A stretch of 64,000 bases of DNA, from positions 1 through 64,000 of IMG/VR virus record IMGVR_UViG_3300028549_003076; one strand, given 5' to 3'. Below the pieces are notes generated by a model that saw only the letters and a program-made list of their open reading frames with translations, had not been told where the DNA came from and made no database searches. The stretch's first letter is position 1; each line of letters starts with the position of its first letter. Shown here in pieces: positions 1-8,616 of the stretch. Origin of the DNA: a virus. Both the position numbers and the translations under genes were made by a program.

Positions 1-19
1 TATTCAAGATTGGTGTAAA

Positions 20-400
20 ATGTTAATTGAAAATTACATCAAACAAAACTTTAAAAATCCTGGAAATTTACTTCAAGATGTTTTAGATTGTAAACAACAA
101 ATTTGGATGACTAAAAAAGATTTGAAAAAAGCATCTAATCTTTCATGGAACCAATTTGAAGAACTTTATGGAACTTTACAACTTTTTGGAGTTGTTGAAT
201 TTAATGAAGATGAAAAAAATGAATTTACATTATTACTTGATTCAAATCAAATCATTGAAAACAAAGTAAATGAAGCAATGCAAATGTTAAAATTAACAAA
301 TGGTAAATTTGCTTCATTATTAGAAGACAATAATTTGAATGCTGAACAAAAGAAAAACATCAAATCATTGAAAATAAAAATTAGTAACATTTTAAAGTAA
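20..400 (+). CDS. hypothetical protein (possible small terminase subunit, by position only)
   Basis: 126-aa ORF ending 8 nt before the large-terminase start. No motif recognised. The frame stays open back to nt 2, so the true start may lie outside the window. Confidence 0.4.
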   Translation: MLIENYIKQNFKNPGNLLQDVLDCKQQIWMTKKDLKKASNLSWNQFEELYGTLQLFGVVEFNEDEKNEFTLLLDSNQIIENKVNEAMQMLKLTNGKFASLLEDNNLNAEQKKNIKSLKIKISNILK

Positions 401-408
401 GTTAAATT

Positions 409-2088
409 ATGAATTTAACAAACACAGAACTACAAGTGTTAAACAAATTTGGACAGCCTTTTCAAGTGGATCAGCTTGGAGAGGCATTCCGCATTTCAGA
501 GGAGATTATAAATAATTTAGATGATGTTGGAATAAAGGAGTTGTTAGGTGGCAGTACTGCTGATATTGATTCAGTTTATCAAATAATTCTTGAAGAAACT
601 TTAATGGTACTATATGGCCAAGAAAATAAAATACAACAAAAATTAAGTTATTTTGACAATTTAACTAATCAAATTGAAGAAACATTGTGTATTGAAAATT
701 TAACATATTTCATACTTTCAAAAATGCCTCAATTTGATTTGAATTGGCATCATCTTGAATGGGGTGATGTTGCTCAAAGATATAAGAAATTTAACATTAT
801 TGCAGCACGTGACCACGGAAAATCCTACTATTGGAGTAATGCCTATATAATTTGGAAGATGTATAGATACAAACCATATATAGGAAGAGGAAGTCGCAAG
901 GATTTATCTATATCAAAAAAGGGATATTTATTTTCATTTTCAAGAGAACAAGCAACTGACTTGCTTGAAATTCTGAAAGGAACTATTGAAGAAAATGATG
1001 ATTTGAAGGAAAGATTATATCCTGGAAAAGCAGATGGTTGGGCCAAGACTGAAATAAAATGTAAAAATGGAGCAAGTTTAAAAACAAAAGGTTTTGGTTC
1101 ATCAGTAAGGGGTGCGCATCCTGGATATATAATTGTAGATGACGGATTGAAAGATAATGTTATTTATTCATCAACTCAAAGAAAAAAGTCAATAGATTAT
1201 TTTCATGCTGTAATTATGAATATGATTGTTCCAACAGGACAAGTAGGTGTTGTAGGAACTCCTTTTCATGCTAATGATTTATATGGAGATTTGAAAAGTA
1301 AGGTAGGTTGGCATGTTCGTGAATATCCTGCAATATTTCCAAATGGTACAATACTTTGGCGTGAACGTTGGAATTTTCAAGACTTGATGGAGAAAAAAGA
1401 AACACAAGGAAATTTAATCTTTTCAAGGGAAAATCTTGTTAAACCAGTAACAAATGACTCAACCATATTTCCAGAAGATGTTATCAAAAGAAGTTATGTT
1501 GGAATGGATGATTACATTTTTGTTAGAAGTCGTGATGCTTATAAAATCAAATTTGATAGAGTAGTTATGGCATGTGATTTTAGTATATCATCTAATGTAG
1601 GTGCTGACTACACAGTTATAATGACTGCTGGAATAGATGATAAGGAAAATATATGGCTAATGAATATAACCAGATTTAAAGGAAAGAAATTTGGTGAACA
1701 AATGCAAGTTATTCAATCATTGAATCATAGTTTTAAGCCAGATTTGATTGTAATGGAAAATAACGTATTTCAACAAATTTTCGTACAAGAGGGTGATAAG
1801 TTAGGTATGCCTGTTGAAGGTCATACAACAGGCAGTAATAAGTATGATTTGAAAGCAGGACTTCCTGGTGTAGCAATTCTATATGAGCGTGGTAAAATAA
1901 GATGTCCAAGAGGGAATAATGAAAGTATTCAAACTGCTGATAGTTTAGCATTAGAATTACAATCAGTAACATGGACAGAAAATGGACTTGAAGGAGTAGG
2001 GGAACACGATGACCAAGCAATGTGTCTATGGTTATTAACAGTAGCAAGTAAAAAGGTTACAAGTGGTTTTTCATTCAAATTTTTATAA
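409..2088 (+). CDS. terL: terminase large subunit
   Basis: 559 aa. ATPase motifs IIAARDHGKSY (Walker A-like), GYIIVDD (Walker B) and VVGTPFH (coupling motif). C-terminal RNaseH-like nuclease motifs VMACDFS..GADYTV and EHDDQAMCLW. Confidence 0.9.
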   Translation: MNLTNTELQVLNKFGQPFQVDQLGEAFRISEEIINNLDDVGIKELLGGSTADIDSVYQIILEETLMVLYGQENKIQQKLSYFDNLTNQIEETLCIENLTYFILSKMPQFDLNWHHLEWGDVAQRYKKFNIIAARDHGKSYYWSNAYIIWKMYRYKPYIGRGSRKDLSISKKGYLFSFSREQATDLLEILKGTIEENDDLKERLYPGKADGWAKTEIKCKNGASLKTKGFGSSVRGAHPGYIIVDDGLKDNVIYSSTQRKKSIDYFHAVIMNMIVPTGQVGVVGTPFHANDLYGDLKSKVGWHVREYPAIFPNGTILWRERWNFQDLMEKKETQGNLIFSRENLVKPVTNDSTIFPEDVIKRSYVGMDDYIFVRSRDAYKIKFDRVVMACDFSISSNVGADYTVIMTAGIDDKENIWLMNITRFKGKKFGEQMQVIQSLNHSFKPDLIVMENNVFQQIFVQEGDKLGMPVEGHTTGSNKYDLKAGLPGVAILYERGKIRCPRGNNESIQTADSLALELQSVTWTENGLEGVGEHDDQAMCLWLLTVASKKVTSGFSFKFL

Positions 2089-2100
2089 TCAAACAAAACC

Positions 2101-2528
2101 ATGGACATCTTATTTTACAATTTAGAAGGAATTTATGCAAGAATAAAAACATTTTCTTTAACAAAAAAGACCAAAACAGTTTTGTTGTTGTTGATTTAAA
2201 ATTTGAACAAAATCATGATAATGATTTAGCAGTTTTCAACAAACTTGAAATCAATAAAAAACAAATTGAAACAATCTGTATCAGTAAAGAAATGTATTGT
2301 GAAATTATTAATGATAATTATGAGTCATTAATATTGTGTGATTTTTTAACTAAAACAAAAAATTACGCAAAAAGACAAAAAGCAATAAAAATTGATAATA
2401 TTTATACACTAAAATCCATTACTGCCGACAATTTTACAAATTCCAATACATATAATAAAGATAATCCTGGAATTTGTAAGTCAAAAACTTCCTTAATAAT
2501 TGGTAATAATTATTTTAGGATACTATAA
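2101..2528 (+). CDS. hypothetical protein, readable only with a -1 shift at A_AAA_AAG (2163-2169)
   Basis: ATG at 2101 opens a 32-codon ORF (MDILFYNLEGIYARIKTFSLTKK..., stop at 2197). The -1 frame is open from before 2101 to 2528 but has no ATG until 2292. The heptamer a63 aaa aag sits in-frame as X_XXY_YYZ, and a fusion would give ~142 aa. Confidence 0.35.
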
Positions 2529-2550
2529 AAAAGAATTGATCATGTAAATT

Positions 2551-2579
2551 AAGTCCACTAAAATAGTGGACTTTTTTTA
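2551..2579 (+). terminator. rho-independent terminator-like hairpin
   Basis: aagtccacta-aaa-tagtggactt (10-bp stem) followed by a T run. Confidence 0.6.
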
Positions 2580-2600
2580 TTTTTACAAAATAATTCAAAA

Positions 2601-2650
2601 AACTTTGTAAATTTTCATTGTTATGTAAATTATTTACAGTACCTTTACTC
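2601..2650 (+). promoter_or_regulatory. candidate host-type promoter (conserved box shared with 53838-53860)
   Basis: tgtaaattatttacagtacctttac (2624-2648) recurs almost identically at 53838-53860. TAccTTTA resembles the Bacteroidota -7 element TAnnTTTG, with a TTG 19 nt upstream. It lies ~40 nt before the ATG at 2688. Confidence 0.45.
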
Positions 2651-2687
2651 CGTAGAAAATATTTAATTAATCGTAAAAATTTATATC

Positions 2688-2945
2688 ATGGCAAAATTAA
2701 TGAATTACTCAACATTAACTTTTATGTTGAATTTTGAAGTATCAAAAGACAAAGTTTTGGAAGTTGCTAAATTACCAACCTACTTTAAAGAAAATGACCC
2801 AAGTTTACTATTTGTTGAAACAGATGAGGTTGAAAAAATAATAGGTAATGAAAAAATGAGAGATTTACAAGTTCAATTAACAACATACATTATATCAGAT
2901 AATGAGTTGGAATGTATTAATCTACAATTAGAAAAAAGATTTTAG
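2688..2945 (+). CDS. hypothetical protein
   Basis: 85-aa ORF, first gene after the conserved promoter-like box. No motif recognised. Confidence 0.55.
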   Translation: MAKLMNYSTLTFMLNFEVSKDKVLEVAKLPTYFKENDPSLLFVETDEVEKIIGNEKMRDLQVQLTTYIISDNELECINLQLEKRF

Positions 2946-2982
2946 TCAAAGTTAAATTTAATATATCATAAAATTAACAATC

Positions 2983-3693
2983 ATGGAGAATATCATAGAA
3001 AAAATCAAAAAATTAATCAAACATCAACAATCTGCTGAAAAGATAGGTTCATTGAATGAAGCAAATGCTTTTGCATCTAAAATTCAAAAAATGCTTAATG
3101 AATACAATCTATCTATGAAAGATATAACACTTGAAGAACTTGAAGAAAAAATAATACAAGATTTTATGTCTTGTAGAGTTCCGAGTGTTAGTAAAACATT
3201 AGGTTACTTTGTAATGTATCCTATTGCAAAATATAATTATTGTAGAATATATCTTGCTGGTGATAATATGTGTATTGTTGGAACAAAAGAAAACATAGAA
3301 GTTTGTAAATACATTTATGATTTTTGTTTAAATAATTTTGTTAGAATTGGAAAAGATGAATTCAAAAAAGAAAATTTACAAATTGGAGTAGATACTTATT
3401 TGAGAAATTTTCTTCAAGGTGCTGCGACTGGATTAGAATTAAAATTCAAAAATGAAAGAAAATTACAAGAAACAGAAAATCTAATTGAATCAGGAGTTTC
3501 AATGTCTCAAGTAGAAAATTCAACATCATGTCTATCATTAGTCATTCAGAAAAATGATAAAGCAGTTGCAAATTATGTTGAAAATAATATGTCAACTAAA
3601 AAAGGACGCTCAAAATCTATCAAAAAAGATGGTACATTTTTAAAAGGAGTTCAAGCAGGTCAAAACATTAAAATCAATAAAGCAATATCATGA
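2983..3693 (+). CDS. DUF2786-like protein
   Basis: The N-terminus IIEKIKKLIKHQQSAEKIGSLNEANAFASKIQKMLNEYNL matches the pattern I recall for DUF2786 (KI.KLL......NE.EA..A...Aq.L....n). Function unknown. Confidence 0.55.
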   Translation: MENIIEKIKKLIKHQQSAEKIGSLNEANAFASKIQKMLNEYNLSMKDITLEELEEKIIQDFMSCRVPSVSKTLGYFVMYPIAKYNYCRIYLAGDNMCIVGTKENIEVCKYIYDFCLNNFVRIGKDEFKKENLQIGVDTYLRNFLQGAATGLELKFKNERKLQETENLIESGVSMSQVENSTSCLSLVIQKNDKAVANYVENNMSTKKGRSKSIKKDGTFLKGVQAGQNIKINKAIS

Positions 3694-3929
3694 AACTTCA
3701 AAAAAGACAACTCTGGTTAGACACTTGTAAAATGATAGGTTTTGGAATACCATTAGATGGATTAATGAGTACTTTAAAAAATGATACTGAAATTGATGTA
3801 ATCAAATTTGATGAAATGCTACTCAGCAAATATGCAGATTATGATGAAGATAAGTATTCAATGGCTCAATTTATACTTTATAAATTTGGAAATAGAGTTT
3901 TTAAAAATGTAATGAAATTAATGAAATGA
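3690..3929 (+). CDS. hypothetical protein
   Basis: 79-aa ORF with ATGA overlap coupling to both neighbours. Confidence 0.55.
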   Translation: MKLQKRQLWLDTCKMIGFGIPLDGLMSTLKNDTEIDVIKFDEMLLSKYADYDEDKYSMAQFILYKFGNRVFKNVMKLMK

Positions 3930-4270
3930 AAGAGTCAGTTGATAAACTTTACATGAAATCACCTTGTTCAAATTGTCCATTTCTAAAATCTGATAATGCA
4001 GTTATTTTGAGTAAGGATAGAGCAAAAGAAATAGTTGAACAAAATAAGGTAGATGGATTTATTTGCCATAAAACAGTAGATTATAGTGGTGAAAAAGATG
4101 TAGATGGTAGAAGTAGAAAGCAGTGTGCTGGAGCACTCATATTAGCCAAGAAAACAAAATCAAATCAACCATTCTTAAATTTATATGAAAGTATGTTTGG
4201 AGAAATGGAATTAAAAAATCAAGATTTGGTTATAGATAATGAGAATCAATTTATTGAAAAACAAGTATAA
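3926..4270 (+). CDS. hypothetical Cys-containing protein
   Basis: 114 aa with SPCSNCPF...FICHKT...RKQCAG. No confident family assignment. Confidence 0.55.
   Translation: MKESVDKLYMKSPCSNCPFLKSDNAVILSKDRAKEIVEQNKVDGFICHKTVDYSGEKDVDGRSRKQCAGALILAKKTKSNQPFLNLYESMFGEMELKNQDLVIDNENQFIEKQV
4261..4270 (+). promoter_or_regulatory. ACAAGTAT(T/A)A box (candidate phage-specific promoter element)
   Basis: acaagtataa overlaps the stop of the upstream gene, 43 nt before the ATG at 4304. One of five copies of ACAAGTAT, all at gene boundaries. Confidence 0.35.
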
Positions 4271-4303
4271 AACATTCATAATAATTTTAATCTTTAATAA
4301 GGT

Positions 4304-5146
4304 ATGTATCAAGGTGAAGACATAAAAGAAAATATTGCAGCAAGAAAACTTAACATCATCAAAGGTTTTGTTGAAACAGATGATATTCTTGAAAAGGCAG
4401 CTCAATCTAAACAAGTAGGGCAAACAAAAGTTGGTTCAGATGGAGTTACCAGAGTTTGGACTCAACTACCAAATGGTAAGTATGATTGGAGGAGAAAAAA
4501 AGCATCATCTGATGATAAAAAAGATGTTAAAAAAGATGAATCAAAAAAATCTCAAAAGGATGATTCAGACTCACCAAAAAATTCTAAACAAATTGGAGTT
4601 ACAAAATCAGGCAAAAAGATTTATGAAGATGGTTCAGAACATGAACAAGATGAAGATTGGACATCAAAAGACCATGAGGAGGCAGCTGAAGCACATCAAG
4701 TTTGGAGTTTAAACAGAACTCAAACAGTAGGTCAAAAAGTTTCAAATGCAGATTTAAGTAAAACATATTCAAAACATGTTGAAAAACAAAAAACAAAATC
4801 AACTTCAAAAAAAGATGATGTAAAATCTGATAATGATTTCAAACCTCACAAAAGTTTTGAAGGTGCAATGAAAACAAAAAGTAGTGCAAAATTTGTAAGT
4901 GCAGATGGAGAACATTGTCAAATATCAAGAGGTTACATTGGAAATAAGATAAGTATAATGGTTACATTTATGCAACCAAATAAAGATGTTGCATCTAAAC
5001 ATGCAATACGCTCATCTTCAGCAAATAAAATATTAAAATTTTTGAATGATAATAAATTCAAAAACGAGGATGATGTAAAGGAAAAAATTCAAAAATCATC
5101 TGACTCTCAAATACAAAAAGCAAAATCAATCTTAAATTTAGAATAA
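4304..5146 (+). CDS. highly charged Lys/Asp/Ser-rich protein with shared N-terminal leader and VGxTKV..DWRK module (possible head-internal/ejected protein)
   Basis: 280 aa. N-terminal LNIIKGFVETDDILEKA is paralogous to the 8606 ORF. VGQTKVGSDGVTRVWTQLPNGKYDWRRK is paralogous to the 19035 and 20477 ORFs. The C-terminus QKAKSILNLE resembles the 19035 C-terminus. Confidence 0.6.
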   Translation: MYQGEDIKENIAARKLNIIKGFVETDDILEKAAQSKQVGQTKVGSDGVTRVWTQLPNGKYDWRRKKASSDDKKDVKKDESKKSQKDDSDSPKNSKQIGVTKSGKKIYEDGSEHEQDEDWTSKDHEEAAEAHQVWSLNRTQTVGQKVSNADLSKTYSKHVEKQKTKSTSKKDDVKSDNDFKPHKSFEGAMKTKSSAKFVSADGEHCQISRGYIGNKISIMVTFMQPNKDVASKHAIRSSSANKILKFLNDNKFKNEDDVKEKIQKSSDSQIQKAKSILNLE

Positions 5147-5147
5147 T

Positions 5148-6485
5148 ATGTCACAATTAGGTTTAACATCAGAACAGTTTGGTAAAAGATTAAATATGGA
5201 ATTTTTTACCAACATAAACAAAGGACTTTCAGAAAGTGAATTTCAAAAATCATATCCTTCAGAAAATTTTGAAGTTTTTGAAAAAGGAATTGTTGAAAGT
5301 TGGATTAAAGAAACGTATGAATCAACAGGTGGTGAAATCATCAAAGGAGGGTTTAATGATATTGAAGAAGTTCATCAAGTTTTATTTAAAATGAGAGAAC
5401 AAGTTTCATTATTAAAAGGAGTTCTTGTTGAAGATAAAAATGGAGATATTCATGAATTATTTGTTTTAGAAAAATCAAAACAAAATGACGATGATTATAT
5501 TGAAAAGGGTCTGAAGTATCAAATTGGAACAATACATAATGGTTATAAAAAAGTTTCTGAAGGTAAATGGAGGAAAGTTTCATTTGAAGGAAAAACAAAA
5601 GAAGAACATGAGGAATCATTAAATTTTTACAAAAAAAGATTGTCTGAAAATAATAAAGAATACAAAAAATATGATAGTGAATCCATAAAGTCAGAAAAAA
5701 ACATGATAGATAATCTTGATGATAAAGAATATTCTGATGAAGAAAAAGAAAATTCTGATAAGAATAATCAAAAATTAAAAGTTGATGCTGTTAATTCTAT
5801 AATAGAGGAATCAGATGATCCTAAAAATTTTGATTTATCTGATTATGGTGTTGTAGAAAATGTTGAAGATGCTAAAAAATTAGTAAGAAGGCTTAGAAGT
5901 GATGTTAAAACTTTTATTGAAAATGGTGATAAATTTTACGCAAAAGAAACAAAAAATCTTGCTAATAAGATAGATTCTATTTTACAAAAATCTTATAGTA
6001 ATGATTTTGAAAAATCTCATAATGAATCAAATGATAGTTTTGAAAAAGGTGAAGTTACAGATTCTTTATACTATGGAGACAAATCACTAATGTTTTCAAA
6101 AACAGGTGCTGATATCAAAGTACAACTTGTTAAAGTAAAAGAAAAAGAAACAATAAATTTAGCTGATTTAAAATCTAAAATGAATTCAATTCTTGAAAAA
6201 CTCCCTTTTGCACCTACTGAAAAAAATAGTGATTGTGAAATTCAATCATTCAAATGGGAATTGACTTATGCAAAAGATAATTCAAATGTGGTTTCATTTA
6301 ATGATATGGAACAAGGTACAGTAACATCAGAACAATCAGAACTTTGCAGACAGTATAATGATATGGTTTGGAGTTACAGAGAATGTAAAAAAGAACTTGA
6401 TTCAATAAATTTACTTGAACAAAATCTTGATGACAAAAAATCTTATGAATTGTCTGCCAGACAAATGTTAGCATTTGGTTTTTAA
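5148..6485 (+). CDS. hypothetical charged protein
   Basis: 445 aa and Glu/Lys/Asp-rich. Weak copies of the shared motifs (IIKGGFNDIEE; IGTIHNGYKKVSEGKWRKV). Confidence 0.6.
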   Translation: MSQLGLTSEQFGKRLNMEFFTNINKGLSESEFQKSYPSENFEVFEKGIVESWIKETYESTGGEIIKGGFNDIEEVHQVLFKMREQVSLLKGVLVEDKNGDIHELFVLEKSKQNDDDYIEKGLKYQIGTIHNGYKKVSEGKWRKVSFEGKTKEEHEESLNFYKKRLSENNKEYKKYDSESIKSEKNMIDNLDDKEYSDEEKENSDKNNQKLKVDAVNSIIEESDDPKNFDLSDYGVVENVEDAKKLVRRLRSDVKTFIENGDKFYAKETKNLANKIDSILQKSYSNDFEKSHNESNDSFEKGEVTDSLYYGDKSLMFSKTGADIKVQLVKVKEKETINLADLKSKMNSILEKLPFAPTEKNSDCEIQSFKWELTYAKDNSNVVSFNDMEQGTVTSEQSELCRQYNDMVWSYRECKKELDSINLLEQNLDDKKSYELSARQMLAFGF

Positions 6486-6515
6486 TATTTTCTAAATTTG
6501 GTTTGTTATGATTAA

Positions 6516-6545
6516 AGTGTCTTGAAAAAGACACTTTTTTCTTTT
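6516..6545 (+). terminator. rho-independent terminator-like hairpin
   Basis: agtgtctt-gaaa-aagacact followed by tttttt. Confidence 0.6.
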
Positions 6546-6575
6546 TATCAAAGTTACTATTTAAAATGTATTATT

Positions 6576-6902
6576 ATGTTAGCATCATTTTCATCAAAAG
6601 GAGAAATAACAAAAATTAGTAATGTTATTCAAATAACAAAAAGTGTAAAATATTTAGAAGTTTCAATAAAAATGTACTTATCAGGACAAGAATTGAATTT
6701 TTATTTAACAGACACTGAATCATCACCACAACCTTTTCAACTTATAAGAAAACATTTTGATACAGGTTATGAAAATCTTAATTTTAAAATTGGAGAGCAA
6801 ATTCAATTTGATTTTAACATTATACAAAAAGAAGGAAAATCAAAATTAAAAATATGGTCAATTTATAACAGAGGTTGCGACCATACTAAAATAACAAAAT
6901 AA
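6576..6902 (+). CDS. hypothetical protein
   Basis: The ORF-track start at 6522 is a TTG inside the terminator hairpin. The first ATG in frame is at 6576 (MLASFSSKGE...). Confidence 0.5.
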   Translation: MLASFSSKGEITKISNVIQITKSVKYLEVSIKMYLSGQELNFYLTDTESSPQPFQLIRKHFDTGYENLNFKIGEQIQFDFNIIQKEGKSKLKIWSIYNRGCDHTKITK

Positions 6903-7144
6903 TGAATTGGAAAACAAATATTGAAGAGCAAATAAAACAAGCGTCAAAAGAAAGGAAAATTCATTCTTCCTTAAAGAAGTTAGGAAAATTATTATTAAGT
7001 GGAGACAGTGAGTTTTATTTGGTTTATTCAGGCTCAAAAGAGCAATATAAGGCAATAAGATTTAAAAATGGAATATCTATATTAACAGGTAAAATATTGT
7101 TAAAGAATGGATATAAAAATTTTTATTTGAATAACAAAATTTAA
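6902..7144 (+). CDS. hypothetical protein
   Basis: 80-aa ORF with TAATG coupling to the upstream gene. Confidence 0.5.
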   Translation: MNWKTNIEEQIKQASKERKIHSSLKKLGKLLLSGDSEFYLVYSGSKEQYKAIRFKNGISILTGKILLKNGYKNFYLNNKI

Positions 7145-7148
7145 AATT

Positions 7149-7847
7149 ATGGGCAGAAAAAATTATGAACATTTATTACCACCTACAAGTGAAGATATAA
7201 ATGATGAAAATCTAAATTTATTTTTTTCATCAATGTTTGAAAGGCAAGAAATTTGGTACAAAAGATTTATTCTAAAACAACCAAGACCATGGACAAAAGA
7301 TAAAATATTTGAAGGAAAGTTTACAAATGTTTATCGTGAATTAGATAGACATAGTCAATGGCAAATTCAAAACATTTTTTTAGATAAAAGAAATGATAAA
7401 TTGAATTTAGTCTGGAAAATAATGTTATTCAGAATTTTCAATAAACCAGAGTTGTTTGAATTTATTAAAGGAATTTCAGGAGAATTTATACCAGATTATA
7501 AGGATTATGGTATTAATGTATTTGGAAGACTTGTTGAAAATTATAGAAATTCAGGTGAAAATCCATTCACTAATGCTTATTTGATAAACAGTCAAGCATG
7601 TCCAGGAGCAACAAGGGATTGGTGTTATATAAATAAAGTTGTTCCAACAATACATAAAGCAATACCAAGATTATTAGTATTATTTAAACAATCAAAAAAT
7701 CCTGAACAAATCATTGAAAAATTATTAGAACTTCCTTCAGTGGCAAATTTTATTGCTCATGAGTTTTATCAAGATTTTACATACATATCTATTTACACTG
7801 ATTTAGATATTTTCAAATTTGACCAAAATGATTTTACTAATGTTTGA
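7149..7847 (+). CDS. aGPT-Pplase-like DNA base hypermodification enzyme, N-terminal part (ends at in-frame TGA)
   Basis: ERQEIWYKRFILKQPRPWTKDKIFEGKFTNVYRELDRHSQW matches my recollection of the alpha-glutamyl/putrescinyl-thymine pyrophosphorylase family signature (PWT.D.I....F.NvYRE.DR.t.W). Confidence 0.6.
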   Translation: MGRKNYEHLLPPTSEDINDENLNLFFSSMFERQEIWYKRFILKQPRPWTKDKIFEGKFTNVYRELDRHSQWQIQNIFLDKRNDKLNLVWKIMLFRIFNKPELFEFIKGISGEFIPDYKDYGINVFGRLVENYRNSGENPFTNAYLINSQACPGATRDWCYINKVVPTIHKAIPRLLVLFKQSKNPEQIIEKLLELPSVANFIAHEFYQDFTYISIYTDLDIFKFDQNDFTNV

Positions 7848-7871
7848 CCAGGAGTAAAGGAAGGAATAAGA

Positions 7872-8135
7872 ATGATATTTCCAAATTTAGAAACAAATAA
7901 ACAACAAATTAAAGCAATACACTATTTACGTGATATTGCTGAGCAAAAACTATCTGATATTGGTGATTTTAAGTTTGTTAGTTGGTGTAAAAATAATAAT
8001 CAATATAAAGTTACTGATGAATGTAATATCACACTACATCAAATTGAAATGTGGCTTTGTGAATTTCAAAAATATTGGAAGATGAAACATAAAGTAGGTA
8101 AACAAAGAAGTGTGTTTGAACCCAAGACTATTTAA
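7872..8135 (+). CDS. aGPT-Pplase-like enzyme, C-terminal part (same frame as 7149-7847)
   Basis: Same reading frame as the upstream ORF. They are separated only by TGA (7845-7847) plus 8 sense codons. No independent promoter or RBS is evident. Confidence 0.5.
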   Translation: MIFPNLETNKQQIKAIHYLRDIAEQKLSDIGDFKFVSWCKNNNQYKVTDECNITLHQIEMWLCEFQKYWKMKHKVGKQRSVFEPKTI

Positions 8136-8190
8136 ACGGAATTATTAGTTTTCAGTTATTATTTATGAAAATAAAATAATTCATTTGATT

Positions 8191-8616
8191 ATGTCTATAA
8201 ATAAGCAAAAATATTATACTTTGATAAACCAAGATAATGATTCAATTTACATTATCTTGAAAACAATTCCTACAAATAGTTTTGAAGAAGTGATTAATAC
8301 AATAAACTTTTCAGATAATTTCAAAAAGTTTTCAATTGTAAATAATGATGATGAAGTTCAAATAGTTAAGTTAAAATTATTTGGAGCAGAAATTTTAGGA
8401 TATAGTGATGAAGAATTTGTTAAAGCACTAAAAAAAGATTTTGACAAAGCACTATTAAAATTCAACCAAATACTCAAAAAAAGAACAAAATCATTTGGAC
8501 TTGATAAATTCTCATTATCAGTAGGTCAAAATATTAATAATTTAGATGAAAAATTAGATGAATTTGCATCTGAATTTAATTACTCTGTTGGATTAATAGA
8601 TTTTAATGAACAATAA
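8191..8616 (+). CDS. hypothetical protein
   Basis: The ORF-track start at 8185 is TTG; the first ATG is at 8191. No motif recognised. Confidence 0.55.
   Translation: MSINKQKYYTLINQDNDSIYIILKTIPTNSFEEVINTINFSDNFKKFSIVNNDDEVQIVKLKLFGAEILGYSDEEFVKALKKDFDKALLKFNQILKKRTKSFGLDKFSLSVGQNINNLDEKLDEFASEFNYSVGLIDFNEQ

Noticed and set aside
6522-6575. TTG start of the 6522-6902 ORF
   Set aside because: This start lies inside the terminator hairpin 6516-6545. The in-frame ATG at 6576 is more plausible.
7845-7847. Global TGA reassignment (code 4/25-like), or selenocysteine at the in-frame TGA
   Set aside because: TGA is a functional stop for many well-supported genes in this window, for example at 3693, 3929, 15426, 18984, 28303, 38609, 41630, 52387 and 60747. 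This is the only in-frame case I found. There is no redox-type motif or obvious SECIS-like hairpin downstream, so I treat it as a local event only.
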